Assembly: GCA_003216795.1 (NCBI GenBank)
Contig: QCIH01000007.1
Span: 335-64,334, forward strand
From: Prochlorococcus sp. AG-402-K16
Lineage (GTDB): Bacteria > Cyanobacteriota > Cyanobacteriia > PCC-6307 > Cyanobiaceae
Length of the DNA: 64,000 nucleotides
Direction: 5' to 3'
Shown piece by piece: positions 58,047-64,000 of this stretch (positions are counted from its first letter, which is position 1; the number at the start of each line of letters is the position of its first letter). The position numbers and the translations under genes are program-made. The notes below the pieces were generated by a model, which saw nothing but the letters and a program-made list of their open reading frames with translations, searched no databases and was not told the DNA's origin.

Positions 58047-58584
58047 GTATCGATTTAATTAAAACTTTTATGGAACCCTGTTTAAACCCATTATTAAGTA
58101 ATCCATCATCACCAAACTTAGAATGTAGTAGTTGCAATCTTTTAATTTTAGAAGGCTTGAATTTAAATGGGAAACGTACCTTATTAGCTCTTACTGAAGG
58201 TTTTAGCTCACTAAACGGAATTTGAACATTTGTTGTTCCAAATTTTTTTGTTGGGAATGATTTAATCCATCTAAGACCACCAGGAATAAATTCTGTTAGT
58301 CCAAGTAGATCATCTTCACAAGCGACAGCAAATTTAAAAGTTCTTCCTTGTCCATCAATTTTTAATTCGAAGGAAGAATATTCAGATACGTTTAAAGAAG
58401 GTTTATAAATAGGCGACCTACAACTAACAAATCCTCCTGCTTTCTCGACAATATTACCCGTCAATAACAAACCAGAATTTAAAATTTCACAAAAAGCTGA
58501 ACTTGATCCGCCCATAACAGTATCATTTAATGTTTTCCAACCATCGAACTCCTTTTTCTGGAATAAAAAATTTTTATTACTCAT
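58036..58584 (-). CDS. CIA30-family (complex I intermediate-associated protein 30-like) protein
   Basis: W..LNDTVMGGSS motif typical of the CIA30 domain. Confidence 0.7.
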   Translation of the reverse strand: MSNKNFLFQKKEFDGWKTLNDTVMGGSSSAFCEILNSGLLLTGNIVEKAGGFVSCRSPIYKPSLNVSEYSSFELKIDGQGRTFKFAVACEDDLLGLTEFIPGGLRWIKSFPTKKFGTTNVQIPFSELKPSVRANKVRFPFKFKPSKIKRLQLLHSKFGDDGLLNNGFKQGSIKVLIKSIRVL

Positions 58585-58614
58585 TAAATAATTTAAATTA
58601 TAAATAGACTTTAA

Positions 58615-59352
58615 CTAAATTTCTAATTCTTTTGCTGAATCCTGATCGCAAAATATTGAAATTTGATTAATAGATTTTATTAATTTTGATGGTGTTCTTT
58701 CTGGCGGCTCTTTTTCATCTAATAACCTCTCAAGAGCAATTCTTTTATTGGCTCCACTAACCAAAAATACTATCTTTGATGAGGCTGAAAGGACCTTTGG
58801 CGTTAATGAAATTCTTTTTAATCCTTTGCCTTCATTAAAAATCACAAAATCATCTACATTATTATTTTTTTGATAAGGAAATAGTGAAGCTGTATGACCA
58901 TCGTCTCCAAGACCTAATAAAGTTAAATCAAAGGAGGGAGGGGTTGATCCGCATTTTTCAAATAATTTAGAAACAAATTGATTTTTTGTAGTTTCATCAT
59001 TAGCGTTTAAATTATTGAAAATTTCATAAAAATAAGCTTTAGATCCAAAATTAGTTAACAAAGAATTTCTCAACATTAACGAGTTACTTAATTCTGAATT
59101 TGGATCGACACATCTTTCATCTCCTAAAAAGACATCAACCATATCCCATCGAAGATCACTATTAGATAAAAGATTATACACAGATTTAGGAGTTGAACCT
59201 CCACTTACACAAAATTTGAACCTGTCTTTCTTTTTTAAAGTATGAATAATGTGGCTTTGAATAAACTTAAAAACCGCCGTTGATAGTTCTAACTTGTCTT
59301 TGTATATATTTAAGGTGTATCCATTTTTAACCTTTTCAATCATTTCATCCAT
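58615..59352 (-). CDS. pgl: 6-phosphogluconolactonase
   Basis: GLGDDGHTASLFP motif. Overlaps the gnd 3' end by 13 nt. Confidence 0.9.
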   Translation of the reverse strand: MDEMIEKVKNGYTLNIYKDKLELSTAVFKFIQSHIIHTLKKKDRFKFCVSGGSTPKSVYNLLSNSDLRWDMVDVFLGDERCVDPNSELSNSLMLRNSLLTNFGSKAYFYEIFNNLNANDETTKNQFVSKLFEKCGSTPPSFDLTLLGLGDDGHTASLFPYQKNNNVDDFVIFNEGKGLKRISLTPKVLSASSKIVFLVSGANKRIALERLLDEKEPPERTPSKLIKSINQISIFCDQDSAKELEI

Positions 59353-60758
59353 TCAGTATGAAAACTACCTTCCCTATCAATTCTTTCATATGTATGAGAT
59401 CCAAAACAGTCTCTCATTGCCTGAACAAGGTTCTGCGGAAGTCTATTGGTTCTATAACTATTCAAATAATCTAAAGTACTGGATAAACATGGGACTGGGA
59501 TACCTGCCTTTGTGGATAGAGAAACTACTTTAGCTAAGTTATCTAATCTTATGGCAATTTCATTATTAAACCAATCATCAAAAATTAAATTTTTTAGATT
59601 AGGGTCTTTGTTATAAGCATCTTGAATTTTACTTAATAATTTTGATCTAATTATGCAACCACCTTTCCATATTTGAGCAATTGACGGCATATTTAAACCA
59701 TAGTTATATACTGCAGATGCTTCTCTTAAAATATCCATACCCTGGGCATAGCTAGCAATTGTAGCAAGGACTACAGCATCGAATAAAGGTTTCATTCCAT
59801 CTGATATATTTCCTAAATCAAAATCCTCTATCTCTTTAGATGGAATAGTTTTTTCAACCTCACTACGTTGTTCTTTTAAAGAACTCATTACTCTTGCATT
59901 TAAAGATGCATAAATAGTTGGGACTGATACCCCCAGTTCTAGAGCACTTACAACAGTCCATAATCCTGTACCTTTCTGGCCAGCTTTATCTAATATTTTT
60001 TCGACGACATCATCTCCAGTTATCTCATCTTTTGTATTTAGACAAATCTCTGTTATCTCAACAAGATAAGAAGCTAATTCATCAGTATTATTCCAAATAC
60101 CGAACACCTCTGACATCTGCTGACCATTCATACCTTTGACTCTCTTCATAAGGTCATAAGCTTCTGCAAGAATTTGTTCAATTCCATATTCAATTCCGTT
60201 ATGAACAGTTTTTACAAAGTGACCTGAGCCTCCTGGCCCAACATATGCAACACATGGTCCGTCTTCAACTTTGGCAGCCATTTTTGTTAATAAACTTTCT
60301 ATTGCATCATATGAAGCCTTAGTACCACCGGGCATCATACTTGGACCCTCTAAAGCTCCTTTGGCACCTCCAGAGACTCCCATCCCAATGTATCCAAAAC
60401 TTTTACTTTCAAGAGTATTCACCCTTCTTTCTGTATCTTTAAATTGAGAGTTACCGCCATCTATTAATAAATCTCCTTCCTCTAGATATCCAGAAATATT
60501 ATCAATAACAGCATCTGTTGCGGACCCAGCTTTTACCATCATTAAAATTCTTCTAGGTCTTTCTAGCTTATTAACAAATTCTTGAAGAGTTTCAGCTCCT
60601 TCTATATTCTTCCCAAGGCCACGACCTTGTAAAAATTCTTCGGTTTTAGAGTAAGTCCTATTAAAAACTACACTAGAAAATCCATTTCTCTCTGCGTTAA
60701 GAACTAAATTTTCGCCCATAACACCAAGACCTATTAAACCAAAATGTGCCTTGGACAT
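59340..60758 (-). CDS. gnd: 6-phosphogluconate dehydrogenase (decarboxylating)
   Basis: GLIGLGVMG Rossmann N-terminus and a full-length Gnd-like sequence. Confidence 0.96.
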   Translation of the reverse strand: MSKAHFGLIGLGVMGENLVLNAERNGFSSVVFNRTYSKTEEFLQGRGLGKNIEGAETLQEFVNKLERPRRILMMVKAGSATDAVIDNISGYLEEGDLLIDGGNSQFKDTERRVNTLESKSFGYIGMGVSGGAKGALEGPSMMPGGTKASYDAIESLLTKMAAKVEDGPCVAYVGPGGSGHFVKTVHNGIEYGIEQILAEAYDLMKRVKGMNGQQMSEVFGIWNNTDELASYLVEITEICLNTKDEITGDDVVEKILDKAGQKGTGLWTVVSALELGVSVPTIYASLNARVMSSLKEQRSEVEKTIPSKEIEDFDLGNISDGMKPLFDAVVLATIASYAQGMDILREASAVYNYGLNMPSIAQIWKGGCIIRSKLLSKIQDAYNKDPNLKNLIFDDWFNNEIAIRLDNLAKVVSLSTKAGIPVPCLSSTLDYLNSYRTNRLPQNLVQAMRDCFGSHTYERIDREGSFHTEWMK

Positions 60759-60853
60759 AAAAAATTAAAAAACTCAATAAATATAGTGTGCCTGCAACTC
60801 AACAAAATTGCTCAAAAAAAATACTTATGTCAGCGAAAAATGATGGAAAAGAT

Positions 60854-62149
60854 TTAAATAACAGTTCCGTTTGCAATAGTTGCATTTTTAACTACTACAA
60901 CAATTCCATTTCTGATATAAAAGCCTAATTCTGGCTTATCTGCTTCTTCTACTCGATCTTTATTAATAATCACTACATTATCACCAATTCTTGTATTCTT
61001 ATCAATAATTGCTCTTTTTACAGTAGTCCCTTCACCTACTCCAAGAGGCGTTCCGCCCCCTTTTCTTAATTGAATCCTCTCTTCAGGGGATTCAAAGAAA
61101 TCGGCTCCCATAACAAGAGTATCCTCAAGAACCGAATCACTTTCAATCCTGCTTCTTACACCTAAAACACAATGTAAAATACTGCATGACTTCAAGATTG
61201 TACCTTCACAAACAATTGAATCAGTAATTTGAGCATCTACAAGTTTAGAAGGGGGTAAAAATCTAGGTCTAGTATAAATTGGAAATTTCTCATCATAAAA
61301 ACTAAATGGAGGTTTTGGTTGCTCAGTCAATGCAAGGTTTGACTCAAAGAATGCCCCAATGGTCCCGATATCTTCCCAATAATCATCGAACACATAACTT
61401 TTAAGAGTATCGCCTCTTTTGAGAGCTTCTGGAATTATGTCCTTACCAAAATCCGTATAATTAGGAAATTTATTTAGAAGATCGAAAAGAGTATTTCTGC
61501 TAAAAACGTAAATACCCATAGAGGCTAGATATGGTTTTTCGGCAGCTGACTCCTTACTCAATCCAAATTTTGAAGTATCTACTGCCATAGCCTTCAACTT
61601 CTCTCCAGTGGGCTTTTCACTAAATTCTTTTATATTTCCCACATCATCGGTTCTCATTAGGCCAAAACCTTCTGCCTGGGCCTCATCAACAGGCAAAGCT
61701 GCAACAGTTAAATCAGCGCCATTATCTCTATGATGTTGAACAAATAAACTGTAGTCCATTCTGTAAAGTTGATCACCTGACAATATTAAATATTCATCAA
61801 CATCCCATTCTTGAAATAACCACTGGTATTTTCTTACAGCATCAGCAGTACCTTCAAACCACTTCGGACTATCAGGAGTCTGTTGTGCCGCTAGAACCTC
61901 AACAAATCCTTGGCCGAAAGGGCCATTTAAATTATAGGTTCTTCCTATATGTCTATTTAGAGATGCACTATTGAACTGGGTCAATACGTACATTTTTTCA
62001 ATGCCTGAATTTATACAATTACTAATCGGAATATCTATCAAACGATACTTACCTGCCAATGGCACAGCAGGCTTAGCCCTCATTTTTGTAAGAGGGTAAA
62101 GTCTAGAACCTTTTCCTCCTCCGAGGATTATGGCCAACACACGCTTCAT
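60854..62149 (-). CDS. glgC: glucose-1-phosphate adenylyltransferase
   Basis: [14 protein letters not shown] motif and a C-terminal beta-helix. Confidence 0.96.
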   Translation of the reverse strand: MKRVLAIILGGGKGSRLYPLTKMRAKPAVPLAGKYRLIDIPISNCINSGIEKMYVLTQFNSASLNRHIGRTYNLNGPFGQGFVEVLAAQQTPDSPKWFEGTADAVRKYQWLFQEWDVDEYLILSGDQLYRMDYSLFVQHHRDNGADLTVAALPVDEAQAEGFGLMRTDDVGNIKEFSEKPTGEKLKAMAVDTSKFGLSKESAAEKPYLASMGIYVFSRNTLFDLLNKFPNYTDFGKDIIPEALKRGDTLKSYVFDDYWEDIGTIGAFFESNLALTEQPKPPFSFYDEKFPIYTRPRFLPPSKLVDAQITDSIVCEGTILKSCSILHCVLGVRSRIESDSVLEDTLVMGADFFESPEERIQLRKGGGTPLGVGEGTTVKRAIIDKNTRIGDNVVIINKDRVEEADKPELGFYIRNGIVVVVKNATIANGTVI

Positions 62150-62279
62150 TCAATCTAATGGAGGTAGATATACAACTACTTAAAGTAACTGATTATGGGC
62201 ATATTTAGAAATACAAATGGTCAGTTTACAAAGGTATTTCGATAAATCACTGGAAAAACTTAATATAAATTGAAAAAAG

Positions 62280-63590
62280 TTAGTTATTTTTATCCTCTTC
62301 TACCAAAGAAAACAATTTTTCAACGATTTTCAAAGAAACTTGTCTTTCTTCTCTTGATTGAGGACTTCTCAACTTGGTGACCGGTGTATGAAGTATTTTA
62401 TTAATTATTCCTTTAGTCAGAGCTTCCACAACTTTTCTTTCTCGGGCCGAAAAATCTGGTCCCATTCTACTAAGTGCTTTTTGCAATTCCTCTTTTCTAA
62501 TTAACTCCAAATCTGATCTAAGTTTATTAATTACTGGAACGGCCTCTAAACTTGCCCACCATTCTAGAAAAATGATCCTTTCTTCTTCTACTAAAGATTC
62601 AGCTTGCTTTGCTATTTTCTGTCTAAATTCTTGATTTCTTGAAACGACTTCTTGTAAGTCATCAACATCAAATGATTTTACAAATTCATGTTCTTTGACA
62701 TCATTAGATATATTTCTCGGTACACCAATATCAATAAATTTTAGTCTATTACTCAAATTTATTTTTTCAATTCTTTTGAGATCAATGATTGGCTCTTCAG
62801 AAGCAGTACTGGTGAAAACAAGCGAAGATAATGAAATGTTTTCTTCTAATTCGTTTAACCCTTTACAAAAAATCTCTAAATCAGGGAAGTCTTGAGCAAG
62901 ATTTAATGCTCTATCAATATTTCTATTTAAAAGGATAAGTTTATGACATCCTTTTGATTTTAAATGAGTTATTAAAAGCCTACTCATTCGTCCGGCGCCA
63001 ACAACAAGAACGTTCTCTGATTCCAAACTTACAAGAGTATCAAAACCCTTTTCTTGTCCAATTTTTAATTGAGCTAGTTCTACCGCTGCTGAACTGATTG
63101 ACACAGCTCCAGTTCCTAAATTTGTTTCGGATCTTACTTTTTTACCTGTACTAACTGATTGAGTTAATAATCTATTAAGAATTGGTCCTGTAGATTGATT
63201 CTCTTGACCTAATCTCATCATTTTTTTTACCTGCGAAAGGATTTGTCCTTCCCCTAAGACAAGGCTATCGAGTCCTGCCGAGACTTTCATCAAATGCAAA
63301 ACTGCTTCTTCCTGTCTAAAACAAAAAAGATGTGGATTTAAATCTTCAAAAATAATTCCAGAATATTGTGATATGAATTCTTTTATAGATGAAATTCCAG
63401 TATTTTTATCCTTTACTAGCGCATATATTTCCAACCTATTACAAGTACTTAAGATTGACACCTCCAATACTTCATTGAAAGCTTTTAATGCTTTCAATGA
63501 TTCTGTTATGGATTGGTCAGGAATACTTAACTTCTCACGCACTTCGACAGGTGCCGTGCGATGACTCAGTCCGACGACAACAATATGCAT
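62280..63590 (-). CDS. hemA: glutamyl-tRNA reductase
   Basis: GLSHRTAPVEVRE, catalytic CNRLEIY and an NADPH-binding GAGRMS motif. Confidence 0.95.
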   Translation of the reverse strand: MHIVVVGLSHRTAPVEVREKLSIPDQSITESLKALKAFNEVLEVSILSTCNRLEIYALVKDKNTGISSIKEFISQYSGIIFEDLNPHLFCFRQEEAVLHLMKVSAGLDSLVLGEGQILSQVKKMMRLGQENQSTGPILNRLLTQSVSTGKKVRSETNLGTGAVSISSAAVELAQLKIGQEKGFDTLVSLESENVLVVGAGRMSRLLITHLKSKGCHKLILLNRNIDRALNLAQDFPDLEIFCKGLNELEENISLSSLVFTSTASEEPIIDLKRIEKINLSNRLKFIDIGVPRNISNDVKEHEFVKSFDVDDLQEVVSRNQEFRQKIAKQAESLVEEERIIFLEWWASLEAVPVINKLRSDLELIRKEELQKALSRMGPDFSARERKVVEALTKGIINKILHTPVTKLRSPQSREERQVSLKIVEKLFSLVEEDKNN

Positions 63591-63608
63591 AAAATCAAAA
63601 GTGAATTT

Positions 63609-64000
63609 TTAAAGGCTGATACTCTTAGCACCATCTTTTATATGGACAGTATTCGTGAACCTTGCAGTACTATCTAATGTACTAATAACTAAACTACTTG
63701 TTCTAACACAATCCCTTTCAAATTTAACTCCGTCAAATAGTAATCCATCAGTTATTCCACTTCCAGCGAAAACAACATTTTCTCCCGATGCCAATTCATT
63801 AGCTTCATAGATTTTATCTATATCGGTTATGCCCATTTCATTAAGACGTTTTATGTTTCCTTCTTTTGTGTAATCAGCCCATTCAGAAGTTTGAGCGATT
63901 GCGGGATCATAAACTAGTTGTCCTTGAAAGTGTCCCCCTAGAGCTCTCATTGCAGCAGCTGAAATAACACCTTCTGGGGCTGCACCTATACCCATCAAGC
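63609..64000 (-). CDS. glpX: class II fructose-1,6-/sedoheptulose-1,7-bisphosphatase (GlpX type); the N-terminal part lies outside the window
   Basis: The C-terminal 130 aa ([18 protein letters not shown]...) matches the cyanobacterial F-I FBP/SBPase pattern. Confidence 0.9.
   Translation of the reverse strand, partial: LMGIGAAPEGVISAAAMRALGGHFQGQLVYDPAIAQTSEWADYTKEGNIKRLNEMGITDIDKIYEANELASGENVVFAGSGITDGLLFDGVKFERDCVRTSSLVISTLDSTARFTNTVHIKDGAKSISL

Noticed and set aside
1-64000. A search for CRISPR arrays, rRNA, insertion sequences, integrases, phage structural genes and known defence-system hallmarks (restriction-modification, Cas, Argonaute or STAND ATPases).
   Set aside because: None was recognised in any frame. 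The only candidate accessory segment (22.8-26.9 kb) contains only short family-less ORFs.

Overview
The window looks like a contiguous chromosomal segment of a streamlined, very AT-rich marine picocyanobacterium. Gene content fits a high-light-adapted Prochlorococcus. That identification is from memory of family motifs, since no search was possible.

Most of the window is tightly packed core metabolism:
- carA and trpD.
- A glucosylglycerate synthesis and recycling cluster.
- A complete urea module: ureDABC, ureEFG and urtABCDE.
- hisA, proB, lpxD, leuB, prk and accD.
- Tandem class I and class II fructose-bisphosphate aldolases.
- purSQ, ilvD, pgl-gnd, glgC, hemA and a partial glpX.
- One tRNA-Pro(GGG).

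No rRNA, CRISPR array, transposase or integrase was seen.

The part that is not ordinary lies at about 22.8-32.2 kb and has three components:
- An islet of about 4 kb (22.8-26.9 kb). It holds about 12 short ORFs with no recognisable family, many of them single-pass micro-proteins. It also holds one ribbon-helix-helix protein, two long ORF-free spacers and several near-consensus promoters.
- A tightly coupled Rieske oxygenase, 33-aa membrane peptide and orphan ABC ATPase unit.
- An iron module: a Fur-box-bracketed promoter driving a Crp-family regulator, then ferritin, a further Fur box and an orphan Fe-type ABC ATPase.

I did not find a system I can confidently call novel. The candidates above are hypotheses from reading the sequence. 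All ORFs under 60 aa were found by hand translation and are low confidence.
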